Assembly (NCBI GenBank): GCA_021108075.1
Contig: JAIORP010000068.1
Coordinates: 10,594 to 74,593, forward strand
Direction of reading: 5' to 3'
Length of the DNA stretch: 64,000 nt
Source: Candidatus Omnitrophota bacterium
GTDB taxonomy: Bacteria; Omnitrophota; Gorgyraeia; Zapsychrales; Zapsychraceae
Shown one piece after another: positions 29,283 through 39,600 of the stretch (positions are counted from its first letter, which is position 1; each line of letters starts with the position of its first letter). Under the pieces are notes generated by a model. That model saw only the letters and a program-made list of their open reading frames with translations, was not told the origin of the DNA and made no database searches. Both the position numbers and the translations under genes were made by a program.

Positions 29283-30782
29283 ATGCGTGTAGGATTTCTA
29301 AACCCGGGGTATGAACATTTAGGCCTGGAATATTTGTCGGCGTCATTGCGCCGGGCAGGCCATACCACACAGTTGTTTTTAGACCCGATCTTATTCAATG
29401 AAAGCGGATTTATCCAGCGCCCCTTACTGGCCAAATGGTTTTCCTTTGAAAAACACATCATCCGTTCCATTCAAGAATATCAGCCCGACCTGTTGTGCCT
29501 GTCTGTGCTCTCGGATAATTATCAATGGGCCTGCTCGTGGGCGGAAACGATTAATTCGGTTTATTCCGTTCCTATTGTCATCGGAGGTATTCATCCCAGT
29601 TCTGTTCCTGATCATGTCATTCAAAATCAATGGATTGATTATCTTTGCGTGGGCGAGGGGGAGGAGGCCCTGGTTGATCTGGTCCGGTGTTTAGAGGCAA
29701 AACAGAACCCTTCCCGGATAAAAAATATTTGGACCGTCCAGGCGGGTCAGGTTCACCGCAATGAGGTGCGTCCGTTGATATCGGATATCAACACCCTTCC
29801 CTATCCGGACAAAGCCCTGTTTTATTCCCAACTGCCGGCCTTGAAACGTATTTATTCCATCAGCACGTCTCGTGGTTGTCCCTTCACATGCAGTTATTGT
29901 TGCAATAATGTCTGGAAATCCATCTATCGCGCCCGGAAAAGTCTGTTGCGCCGCCGTTCGGTTGCCAACGTGATCGATGAGTTGTCAGACGCCAAAAGAA
30001 GGTACGTTCCAAAGTCGATCGCTTTTTTGGACGAAGTCTTTAACATGGAAAAGGAATGGCTGTTAGATTTTTTTAAAGAGTACCGGGCTAAAATTGATTT
30101 GCCTTTTTCCTGTTTTGTTTTTCCTGATTATTTGGATGAGGAAATTATTCTGGAATTAAAGAAAAGCGGTTGCATCAAGGTTCAGATGGGTGTGCAGTTG
30201 ATCGATGAAGAAAAACGCAACCGTTTGTTAAACCGCAGGTCCTCGAACGCGAAGATTCAGACGGCCATCGCGTTGTGCAAGCAGACCGGTATTTTTGTGG
30301 CCTGTGATGTCATCTGGGGGCTGCCGGACACAACCGAAGCGGATCTGTTCCAGGCCGTTGACTTTTTTTGTCAGACGACGCCTGACCATATTGAAATTTT
30401 TTGGCTGCGTTATTATCCGAAGACCAGCCTGACGGAATGGGCCAGAAAGAATGGCTATCTTACAGCGGCGGATTATCAGGCCATCAATGAAGGTGTGGTG
30501 TCGACCGGGATTGTGCGCGGGAAAAACAAGGCCACAAAGCTGGAAAAGAAAATTTTTGTTCTGTTGTATTTATGGCCGTTATTGCCAGAGAAACTCCGGA
30601 TGTATTTGGCTAAAAAATCTTTCTACCGGTTTCTCCCGGCAGGGGTGTCTATTTTAGCGCTTTATATATTGAAAAGGCTTGTGAAAAGGTCTCGGTATGA
30701 TATAAATACGGAGCAGACAATGTCCAGATATGTGTACTTTATGTTTTTGAAATTTAAATTAAAGGTAAAATTGCAAAGATAA
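29283..30782 (+). CDS. B12-binding radical SAM protein (paralog of the N-half of 8686)
   Basis: EHLGLEYLSA, GGIHPS, GEGEEA, SRGCPFTCSYC, WLRYYP. Confidence 0.93.
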   Translation: MRVGFLNPGYEHLGLEYLSASLRRAGHTTQLFLDPILFNESGFIQRPLLAKWFSFEKHIIRSIQEYQPDLLCLSVLSDNYQWACSWAETINSVYSVPIVIGGIHPSSVPDHVIQNQWIDYLCVGEGEEALVDLVRCLEAKQNPSRIKNIWTVQAGQVHRNEVRPLISDINTLPYPDKALFYSQLPALKRIYSISTSRGCPFTCSYCCNNVWKSIYRARKSLLRRRSVANVIDELSDAKRRYVPKSIAFLDEVFNMEKEWLLDFFKEYRAKIDLPFSCFVFPDYLDEEIILELKKSGCIKVQMGVQLIDEEKRNRLLNRRSSNAKIQTAIALCKQTGIFVACDVIWGLPDTTEADLFQAVDFFCQTTPDHIEIFWLRYYPKTSLTEWARKNGYLTAADYQAINEGVVSTGIVRGKNKATKLEKKIFVLLYLWPLLPEKLRMYLAKKSFYRFLPAGVSILALYILKRLVKRSRYDINTEQTMSRYVYFMFLKFKLKVKLQR

Positions 30783-30924
30783 TTTTCATTTTGTGTGACA
30801 GGGGCAACCAGATTCATTTTTTGCTGAATATCAATAGCGTTAAAATGGAAACACGTTAACGGAAGATAAGAGCTGTTTGAGACCGGGTATTTTGAACCGG
30901 AAAATAGGCGTCATTTGAATTGTC

Positions 30925-32088
30925 ATGAATAAATATCGAAAAGAAATCGTTTTGTTTTTTCTGGTGCTTTCTTTTTGTTTGAGGTTTGCCGTTGCCTCTG
31001 AAGCTGAGTTGACCTTTGATGAAAATTACTGGATCGGTTATGTTAAGCATTGTTCCGTCGAAGATGGGAAGATCAATTTTGTCTGGCATGGCTCAGGCCA
31101 TCCGGCCTTAGCCGTTTATCTGATCAAACTCAGCACGGTCATTTTTGGAGAAAGCGTGCTCGGCCATCGCTTGATGAACCTGTACGCGGGTGTTTTAACG
31201 GTTTGGATGTTGTATCTCATATCCATGCGGTGGTTTGGTTTCGGCGCGGCGGTGTGGACGCTTATTTTAGCGACCTTTAATGAATACCTGATCGGTATTT
31301 CAGCGATTGCCACGGCAAAAAGTTATTATTTTTTATTCGCTTCGGCGGGAATCTATTTGTTTTATCGGGGATTAGAAGAGAAGAGTAAACAAAAAATCTA
31401 TGGGAGCGGTTTTTTTGTCGGGCTGGCCTTTTTGAGCAGTGAAATATCCGCTTTATTGATCGTGGCCTTTGCTCTGTTCTTGTTGTGTTCGAAATACCGG
31501 TTCTGGTTTAAGCGCAAAGAGATTTATTTTGCCGCGTTGATTTTTTTCGTCGTGATATCGCCGGACATTTGCTTTAACATTACCAATCAAACGCCGGACC
31601 ATGATGGTTTGGTGAATTATTTGGATCACTTCAAACGCATCGGGCGGATTGGTTTCAGCATTCATCCCTTTGCCTTTTATTTTAGCGATTTCTATAATGG
31701 CCTTTTAACCCCCAGGGGGCTATGGGAAAACATGTCTCCGGAATATCCGGCGCCCAATGGCTTTTGGGGTTTTCTTTGCTTCGCGGGGACAATTTTCGCG
31801 TTATTTGTTAAGAAACAACCGCTGGAAAAGATTTTGCTGATCATTTTTTTTCTTGTGTTCGGTATTCTGCTGTTTTTAACATGGGTTCCGGATGATCCTG
31901 TTTGGGAAGCAGGTTTGGTTAAAGTTGAATGGGTTTGGTGCGCGATTACCCTGATCCCGGCGCTTTTGCTGACAGCCCATAAGATCGCTCAGATAAAGGA
32001 GCGCCATTCATGGTTGTATTTCTTTATCATTTTATTTGTGATGACTGCTGTCTATAAAACTTTCATGAGTGTGAGCGCCTGGCAATAA
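30925..32088 (+). CDS. ArnT/PMT-family (GT-C) glycosyltransferase
   Basis: LTFDENYW acidic motif after TM1, HPAL, FGES..GHR, multiple TM segments. Confidence 0.82.
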   Translation: MNKYRKEIVLFFLVLSFCLRFAVASEAELTFDENYWIGYVKHCSVEDGKINFVWHGSGHPALAVYLIKLSTVIFGESVLGHRLMNLYAGVLTVWMLYLISMRWFGFGAAVWTLILATFNEYLIGISAIATAKSYYFLFASAGIYLFYRGLEEKSKQKIYGSGFFVGLAFLSSEISALLIVAFALFLLCSKYRFWFKRKEIYFAALIFFVVISPDICFNITNQTPDHDGLVNYLDHFKRIGRIGFSIHPFAFYFSDFYNGLLTPRGLWENMSPEYPAPNGFWGFLCFAGTIFALFVKKQPLEKILLIIFFLVFGILLFLTWVPDDPVWEAGLVKVEWVWCAITLIPALLLTAHKIAQIKERHSWLYFFIILFVMTAVYKTFMSVSAWQ

Positions 32089-32190
32089 TGCCAATCACAT
32101 TAAATAATTCTTCTGATTTCTCATCGCTATTTGCGTAAAAGCGTTCGCAAAAAACGACGGAATAAAACAATTCATTAATGGATTTGGTAT
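32088..32190 (+). repeat. MITE-like repeat, copy 4 (degenerate)
   Basis: ATGCCAATCACATTAAATAAT ... AACAATTCATTAATGGATTTGGTAT. Confidence 0.7.
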
Positions 32191-32520
32191 CATATCGCGT
32201 TTATCGACCGGATCGTTTGTTGAGCGGGAAGACATGCGAAATTTTTTAATTTGTCATTTTTATTGGAGTTGATCACAGCAGAACATGATTGCCGAAATTA
32301 GCCATATCCTCTATAATTACGTGTTAATGCGATGATTGTCCCGGGATGTCAGGAAAAGGGAATGGGCGTTTGTTGCTGATTTATTCTTGGATGCTCCAGA
32401 CGGGGAGCGGCGCGGAAAGAGTCAATAGGATATTTTTTTGATCGGGTCTCAGACGCACGAACATTCATTCTTCACTCGCATGGTTATCAGTTTAAACTAT
32501 TTGTACGGTTCAAAAATCAG

Positions 32521-33963
32521 ATGAAAAAAGTCAGTGTAACATTGTTAAAAAAATTTTGTGTTTTTTTGATCGGCCTTTTTGTGGGACTCTGTCTGCTCGA
32601 GGCCGGCCTGCGTGTCGTAGGATATATTGTTCTGCATCAGAGATCACAGGTGCGGAAAATAGCTCAGGTGCGGAAAAACAGGAACGCGCAGACGATCCTG
32701 TTTTTAGGTGATTCGTATACCTTCGGAGGCAATGTCTCTGTTCATCAAAATTTTCCCAGTCAGTTTGAAGAGATATTGAAAACAAAGCGGCTGGCCCAGG
32801 ATATTCGGGTTGTCAACGGTGGGTGGTGTGAACAAACGACCCGTGACCTTCTTCCGCGTTTAAAAAAAATATTGTCCACGCATCAACCGGATGTGATTGT
32901 CCTTTTGATCGGCGCGGCCAACCGTTACAACCTGGATGATTATGATTTCTCCCGGAATCAATTATTTTATTTTTTAACGAATTTACGCGTTTACAAGATG
33001 GCGCGTATTATCGCGGTGAATTTAAAGGCGAACCGTCTGGCCCATGACGCGCGGCATTTCGGTCTGAACGCGGATTTATACAAAAAAAGAGTGCGACAAT
33101 TACGTCATTTTCAGTCCATCGATCAATACTCCGAGGATTTGACCCTGGACCAAAAAGCTTTTTATTATTTTAATAAGGGAGATCATGATAAAGCGTGGGA
33201 GCTTATTCATGTTTTTCTCAAGAGTCATCCGGAATCCCTTGAGGCGCTTATGGCCGCAGGCTTTTTTCATTATAAAAAATATGAGTATGCGCAGTGTGAT
33301 GTGGTCCTTCAGAGAATAATTAAAATTTGTGAGACCCGGATAGCCAACAATCAGACCTCTGAGCGGGTTCGCTCTCATCTCGCGTTTGCCGCCGTCTCAC
33401 GCGCGAATTTTCTTTTGGTTTTCCGCCGGCATGCCGACGCGATTGATTATATTTTTAAAACATTATTGATTGAACCGAATGGAACGCTGCTTCAATATTT
33501 GATCCGTTCGTATTCCCTGCAAAGCAAGTACTCGGCAGCCGATATGGTCGGTTTTTATGACGAGTTGTTTCGAAAAAAACCGGAGCTGCGGGATTTCAAA
33601 TTGTTCTTAAATAATTACCGGTATTTTTCTGATGAAAAAGTTTGGGAGAAAAGGCTGGAGTCCTGGCTGCGCGACGATCTGGACGAAATTGTGAGGATAT
33701 GTCGTCAGAGCGGGGTAACGCTCATTCTGCAAAATTATCCTTTTCCCTATGCTGTCGCTAATACCGCGATTGAGGATGTTGCCAGAAAATATTCATTGCC
33801 TGTGATCGATCAGTTGTCTTATTTTGAAGAGTTGATAGGTCAGGGTTTTGAGAACGATTATTTAGAAGATGACGCCCATTGCACAGTCAAAGGCTATCAA
33901 CATATGGCCCGTCATATTTATGACTATTTATCATCCATTAATATGTTAGAAGTTAGAAAGTGA
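32521..33963 (+). CDS. SGNH/GDSL hydrolase with inserted TPR-like helical region
   Basis: N-terminal TM; FLGDSYTFG, VVNGG, IGAAN, C-terminal DDAHCT..GY. Confidence 0.85.
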   Translation: MKKVSVTLLKKFCVFLIGLFVGLCLLEAGLRVVGYIVLHQRSQVRKIAQVRKNRNAQTILFLGDSYTFGGNVSVHQNFPSQFEEILKTKRLAQDIRVVNGGWCEQTTRDLLPRLKKILSTHQPDVIVLLIGAANRYNLDDYDFSRNQLFYFLTNLRVYKMARIIAVNLKANRLAHDARHFGLNADLYKKRVRQLRHFQSIDQYSEDLTLDQKAFYYFNKGDHDKAWELIHVFLKSHPESLEALMAAGFFHYKKYEYAQCDVVLQRIIKICETRIANNQTSERVRSHLAFAAVSRANFLLVFRRHADAIDYIFKTLLIEPNGTLLQYLIRSYSLQSKYSAADMVGFYDELFRKKPELRDFKLFLNNYRYFSDEKVWEKRLESWLRDDLDEIVRICRQSGVTLILQNYPFPYAVANTAIEDVARKYSLPVIDQLSYFEELIGQGFENDYLEDDAHCTVKGYQHMARHIYDYLSSINMLEVRK

Positions 33964-34173
33964 CAGGCCTGGTCTTCCGGGGCGGGAGGAATGTTTGTGC
34001 CTCTCCAATCAAGCCGGATGATGTTGTTGAAGAAGATTCCATCGGGTAAAAATTTTGAGATGTCCCTTCTGGGAATATGTTTCAACTGGGTGTTGTATTG
34101 AAAAAGATTCCACGCCATGACTTTTTGGCCGGATAGTGGGCGTAACCTGTTAAAAAAGTATAATATTATTTTA

Positions 34174-34767
34174 GGCTCTTTCTCAGAATCTGTGGGTAAA
34201 ATAATAAAAAAATAAGCATTGTTGCTTCAGTTTGATAGAATGCGGTTTGCGAAAACCTAGCATTCAGAACTGGAGATGACCAACAATGCTCGCAAAAATA
34301 ATACTAAACAAAACATATCCTGTCAAAGGATTCGTTTATGGCAAAGTCAGCCTTGAAAATGAAACAATTTGTATTGAAATTCATGAACGAAAAAACTCAA
34401 AAGCAAAGTGTTCATGTTGTCATCAACACATGCCCACGTATGATCATATGAAAGAACGTCGATTTAAATTTGTTCCCCTTTGGGGAATTAATGTTACATT
34501 CATTTATCGGCCGAGATGAGTTGATTGTCTCAAAGACGGAATAAAAATTGAATTCATTCCTTGAACCGATGGTAAAAGTCCAGTATGCCAGCCATTTAAA
34601 TTATTTCTGGCACACTGGGCAAAACTGTTATCCTGGAAAGAAGTCGCTGTTCAGTTCAAAGTTTCTTGGCACAATGTATTTGAATCTGTTCAACACGTTG
34701 TTCAATACGGCTTAAAACATTGAGATCTGGATAACGTCAAAGCAATAGGCATAGATGAAATTCAATT
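34174..34767 (+). mobile_element. ISL3-family IS remnant (left end plus truncated transposase pseudogene starting at 34286)
   Basis: GGCTCT terminus at 34174; zinc-finger CSCC..YDH..RRF; in-frame TGA at 34517, 34562 and 34721; breaks off after IGIDE. Confidence 0.88.
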
Positions 34768-34925
34768 AACGAGGCTAATTGTTATATAAATTTTGTTGAA
34801 ATAAACGAACAATTTAATGAAGTATGGAAACGATGTCAGGTCGCTTTAGCGGGTCCAAATGACGTCGGGTAGATTTTCTATGCTGTCATGCTGACTGTGT
34901 TGTGTCCGGTTAAGAGGAAAACAGG

Positions 34926-35936
34926 ATGAGTCAAGTTTTTAAACCCAAAATTGCGATTGTAGGGTCCGGGGCAGTGGGGAGTGTTATCGGTGGTTTGCTG
35001 GCACGGGAGGGAGAAAACGCGACTCTCATTGCCCGTAAAGCACACGTCGAGACTATTAATAAAAATGGATTATTTATTGATGGAATATTGGGTTCGTTCT
35101 CTGTTCATGTCCAGGCAAAAGAAGAGCTCACATTCAGACCGGACCTGGTGCTTCTCACAGTAAAGGCGCAGGATGTGGAATCTGTGTGTAGGCAAATAAA
35201 GCCATATATCACTGATGTGCCGGTTGTAACCCTGCAGAACGGGATCAGAAGTGAAGAAATGGCGGCTTCTTTGCTGGGGGAAAAGAATATCATCCGTGGT
35301 GTTGTTCTCTTCAACGCGCAGTTCCTAAAATCCGGGTGCGTGACATATGGCGAGAAGGGTTCTTTGCTATTGGGGGAGGCGTTTCGACAGAATGGAAGAC
35401 GTGTTGCTGATATTGCGGGTATTCTCAGGCGAGCCATCAAGACAGAAGTCAGTGACAATATTTACGGGGTACGTTGGACAAAATTGCTTGTAAGGGTTAT
35501 GGTAAATAGCCTGGAAGCAATGACGGGATTGAGCTTCAAAGAGTGTATGAGATATCCCGGAATGAGGCGGATTGGTATGTTTATCCTGAGGGAGGCATTT
35601 GAGGTCGTCGAAAAGGCAGGTGTCAAACTAGAGCCGCTACCCGGCTTGCCTCTAACCGTTTTCAAACTTATCATCAAATCACCGTTGGTCATAGCCTCAC
35701 TGGCGTTGAGACTGAGGATGAGCTCCACAGACACAATTACATCCACTCTGCAGAGTATGCGCAGAGGCCGGCCTACCGAAATCAATTATCTCAACGGTGA
35801 AATAGTGATACAGGGGAGGGCGGTGAACATTTCAACCCCGTATAACTTGAAGGCAGTAGAATTGGTTCATGCCGTAGAGCGAACAGGCCGATTTTGTTCG
35901 CCATTACATTTAGAAAGTCAGTTTTTGAGCGGGTGA
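34926..35936 (+). CDS. panE: Ketopantoate reductase family (2-dehydropantoate 2-reductase)
   Basis: IVGSGAVG, TVKA, LQNG, WTKL, STLQSMRRGRPTEINYLNG. Confidence 0.85.
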   Translation: MSQVFKPKIAIVGSGAVGSVIGGLLAREGENATLIARKAHVETINKNGLFIDGILGSFSVHVQAKEELTFRPDLVLLTVKAQDVESVCRQIKPYITDVPVVTLQNGIRSEEMAASLLGEKNIIRGVVLFNAQFLKSGCVTYGEKGSLLLGEAFRQNGRRVADIAGILRRAIKTEVSDNIYGVRWTKLLVRVMVNSLEAMTGLSFKECMRYPGMRRIGMFILREAFEVVEKAGVKLEPLPGLPLTVFKLIIKSPLVIASLALRLRMSSTDTITSTLQSMRRGRPTEINYLNGEIVIQGRAVNISTPYNLKAVELVHAVERTGRFCSPLHLESQFLSG

Positions 35937-35979
35937 ACAAGTTGCGGGAACGGAGTAGACGTCGATGAGGACGCGTTCC

Positions 35980-36061
35980 ATATCAAATCCACTTATGAAT
36001 TGTTTTATCTTAATTCTGAAAAGCAGAATGGGGTTTGGTCATTATTTAATGGAATTGGTAT
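35980..36061 (-). repeat. MITE-like repeat, copy 5
   Basis: ATATCAAATCC...GAAAAGCAGAATGGGGTTTGGTCATTATTTAATGGAATTGGTAT. Confidence 0.85.
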
Positions 36062-36147
36062 AAGCGGAGGGTTTAGCTTTCCGGTCGGCGATCATTGTCA
36101 GGATATGCTATAATTAAAAAAAGCCCTATAAATCATTCAACTGAGAT

Positions 36148-36468
36148 ATGACGCGAATGCTGATACTGACATTGTTTCTTATTTATTTTTTATCATTGAT
36201 TGTAACGACCAGCTTGATGACCCTGGTGTATAAACCATCGTTTGTGCCTGCGGTAGAATTTATTGAAGTGTCCGGCATACAGTTTTGGAGCGCCATTTTG
36301 GCCTTCCTGTTGACGCTCATTGTTTGCAAAATTTTTGTAATATTGAAATTTAAGCTGTTTCGTTCTCCTGTCGATAAGCCCCCTGATTTTTACGAATCAA
36401 TTTATGTGCGCAGAGTGCGCAAAGAAATGGAGAGTCTGACCAAAGGGTTGGACAATAATAAAAAATAG
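36148..36468 (+). CDS. Small two-TM membrane protein
   Basis: Two hydrophobic segments; TATAAT just upstream. Confidence 0.6.
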   Translation: MTRMLILTLFLIYFLSLIVTTSLMTLVYKPSFVPAVEFIEVSGIQFWSAILAFLLTLIVCKIFVILKFKLFRSPVDKPPDFYESIYVRRVRKEMESLTKGLDNNKK

Positions 36469-36671
36469 TCCGTCCCCGGACTTTTAATCTGCTCCGGTCA
36501 ATTTTTCGGATGTGTTGGCTATTTTCAAGGCCACCTTTAATATTAATAGACATACTAATCTATTTTTTAATAGCTCAGCAGGGTTCCGGGTTAATAATTA
36601 AATTTGTTAATATTAAATAAATGTTTTATACTAAAAAAGCGTTTTCTTATTAATATATAAATACTTTTAAT

Positions 36672-39600
36672 ATGTGGAATTTTATTCAAAATAAGAAATA
36701 TTATGTTTATAAGCAAATCACTGCGTTATGCATTGCTGTATCCTTTTTTGGATCAACAATATTCCCGGTTCCTTTAGCTCAAGCTCAGAGTGTGCCTGCA
36801 ACGGTTGGTCTGGATCTTCCAACCCCTGGGACAATGGTAACATTAAGCCCTGGATTTATACCCGCCGTTATTAAAGGCGTAAAAATTTTTCCTAATCAAC
36901 CTCTAAGATTTGATTTTATCGTTGACCCGGGAGACTCCGGGTTAAAAGGGACTGGTTTAAAAAGTGAAGCCAACAAACTCATTAAATATTTTCTCGCGGC
37001 AATAACTGTTCCCGAAGATGATATGTGGGTTAATCTTTCCCCATACGAGAAAGACAGAATAATTGCGGAAGGTTTTGGGAAGACTGAGATGGGGCGAGAT
37101 CTACTCGCGCAGGACTATATCTTAAAACAAATCACAGCATCCCTTATGTTTCCTGAAGAAGAAATTGGAAATGAATTCTGGGATAAGGTCTATCAAAAGG
37201 CGGTTGATTTATATGGCACGTCAGAGATCCCGGTTAATACATTTAATAAGGTGTGGATTATTCCAGAAAAAGCTATTGTTTATGAAAATGGCGATACTGT
37301 CTTTGTCTCAGAAAGTCATTTAAAGGTAATGCTCGAGGAGGATTATCTCGCGCTTGAGTATAATTCATTGAATAGTGAAAATGGTACTGACCAGATTAAT
37401 AAAAATGACGTGGAGCAACCGGATGATGTTTCCTCCTCTATCATAAGAGAAATTATTATTCCCGAATTAGAAAAAGAAGTGAATACAGGAAAGAATTTCG
37501 CGAATTTAAGACAGATTTTTAATTCTGTGATTTTGGCTACCTGGTTCAAACGGAATCTTAAAGAAAGTTTGTTAGGCAAAGTTTACATGGATCAAAACAA
37601 GGTCGAGGGTGTTAACACAGAAGATCGTCAGGTTAACGAAAAAATTTATCAGCAATATTTAGAGGCTTTCAAAGTTGGTGTATATGATTTTATTAAGGAA
37701 GATTATGACACAACAACACAAGAAGTTATTCCTCGAAAATATTTTTCAGGAGGAGCTCTTTTAGCTTTAAAAAATGCCTATAGGAAAAGGGACACGTCGG
37801 AAGGGGTTGCTGTAAGTGAAGACAGTATTGTTGCAGGTGTCCAGTTGGTTGCCGCCCCTCATAGTTATGCTAATAGAGCGGTTAGAGAGACAGGTGAGCT
37901 TCCGGATGTTTCTAATTTAGACGATTATAGGAACAATTTACCACAGGAAGTAATGGATGGCGTAAGACGATTTTTGCGTAGTGAGAAAGGATTAGAAGTA
38001 GACGAGAAGTTTATGCGTAATATTCCCATAATTTCAAGACCTGGATATTTATCAAAGTACGGTGAATTTGGACATGTTGGTCTGGGGGAGATGTATGGTG
38101 AAATAGTGATTTATCTGGATTCGGAATCTTTTGAAAATATAACGAGATTAGCCCATGAAATTGCTGAGGCCTTTAATTTCGAATCAGGTAGAAGGGACCT
38201 TTATGTGTCCAGTGAATTTATTACACAGCTCAGAGAATTTGTGGGAGAGTATGCTACAGAGTTAGAGAGCATTGGCCGCAATGGTCAGGACGCTATACAG
38301 AAATTTGAAGCTCATCTTAAAAATACTCCCGGAAAATCATTCGAGCCATGGATGATGCGTTGGTGGATCTGGGCTACTTCAGAAGGAAAAGAATTTGCTG
38401 ATCGTTCACATGATCTATCTCCCTCACTTGCTGAGGAATACGAAATAGCCGCTCAGGCGGGAAAGCTTCCAACGGGATTAAGGTTCACACCAACCCAATT
38501 AGATCAAGTCGATCGTAATGTAGCGGCAGGTAATAAAAGCCGCCAATTTTTAACACTGGATGATGTAAAAATCAGGGACAAACGGGTTCTAATTAGACTT
38601 GATATAAACGCGCCTGTTAGTGATGGAAAAATCAAACCAACGGAAAGGATTACAGCTTCATCAGAAACGATTAGAGAGGCGGCTGAAAGTGGAGCTAAAG
38701 TCGCTATTATCGCTCATCAAGGACGGCCGGGAGATGATGATTACATGGAATCGTTGGATCAGCACGCACAATTACTTTCAGAAAAGATAGGTCGCCCCGT
38801 TAGAGCAATAAATGATTTATACGGAGAAGAAGCACAGGAAGCGATCCGATCATTACAAAGTGGTGAAGTAATCATTCTGGGCAATGTTAGGCCAAAAGAA
38901 AAAGATCCAGAATTTGTGGCAAATCTTGAACCTTTATTTGACTTTTTTATATTTGATGGTTTTTCTGTCGCTCACAGGGATACAAATAGTGTTACAGGAT
39001 TTAAAAATATTCCAAACGTTGCCGGACGATTAATGGAAAGAGAGTTAGACGGAAATCAACGGTTTTTGACTGCCCTTGAGCATCCTTACGTGGAGTTATT
39101 GGGGGGGGCTAAGATTAGTGATCACGTAGACGCGTTAGATTATGGTTTAGAGCAGGGACTTATTGATCGTGTGCTTACCGGAGGCATGTTAGGTCAGTTG
39201 TTATTGCTTATTGATGGTTACCAATTAGGTGAGCCTACTATGAAGGTTTTGCGTGAGCAGGATGTGGATGAATCCCGACCGGAAGGTCTTTTAAGTTTAA
39301 TTCCACGAATTAGAGATATTTATGAAAGACACCGGGACAAATTTGAGTCACCCTCTGATCTCGCTTATGAAGATGCTGACGGTGAGAGACAGGAAATCGC
39401 GATTACTGATTTAGGTGAGGATGGCGCACCATTTGTCATTGGTGACAATGGGACAGAAACTGCTAACCGATACGCGGATATTTTAAGAGAAGCGAAGACA
39501 GGATTTGTGAAAGGTCCTCAGGGCAATTACAAGAATGATAATTTCAAAAAAAGTTCAGAGATTACTTTTGGAGCACTCGCGGATTCGGGGGCTTTCTGGA

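Noticed and set aside
2247-30782. Ladderane, hopanoid or RiPP cluster
   Set aside because: No fab/ACP genes, squalene-hopene cyclase, RRE domain or convincing precursor peptide is visible; the neighbours point to glycan modification.
33924-34118. 64-aa minus-strand ORF beside the ISL3 end
   Set aside because: It could be a remnant truncated by the IS, but no motif supports it.
34517-34723. TGA recoding (genetic code 4 or 25)
   Set aside because: The three TGAs replace different expected residues, and many intact genes here end in TGA, including ATGA overlaps.
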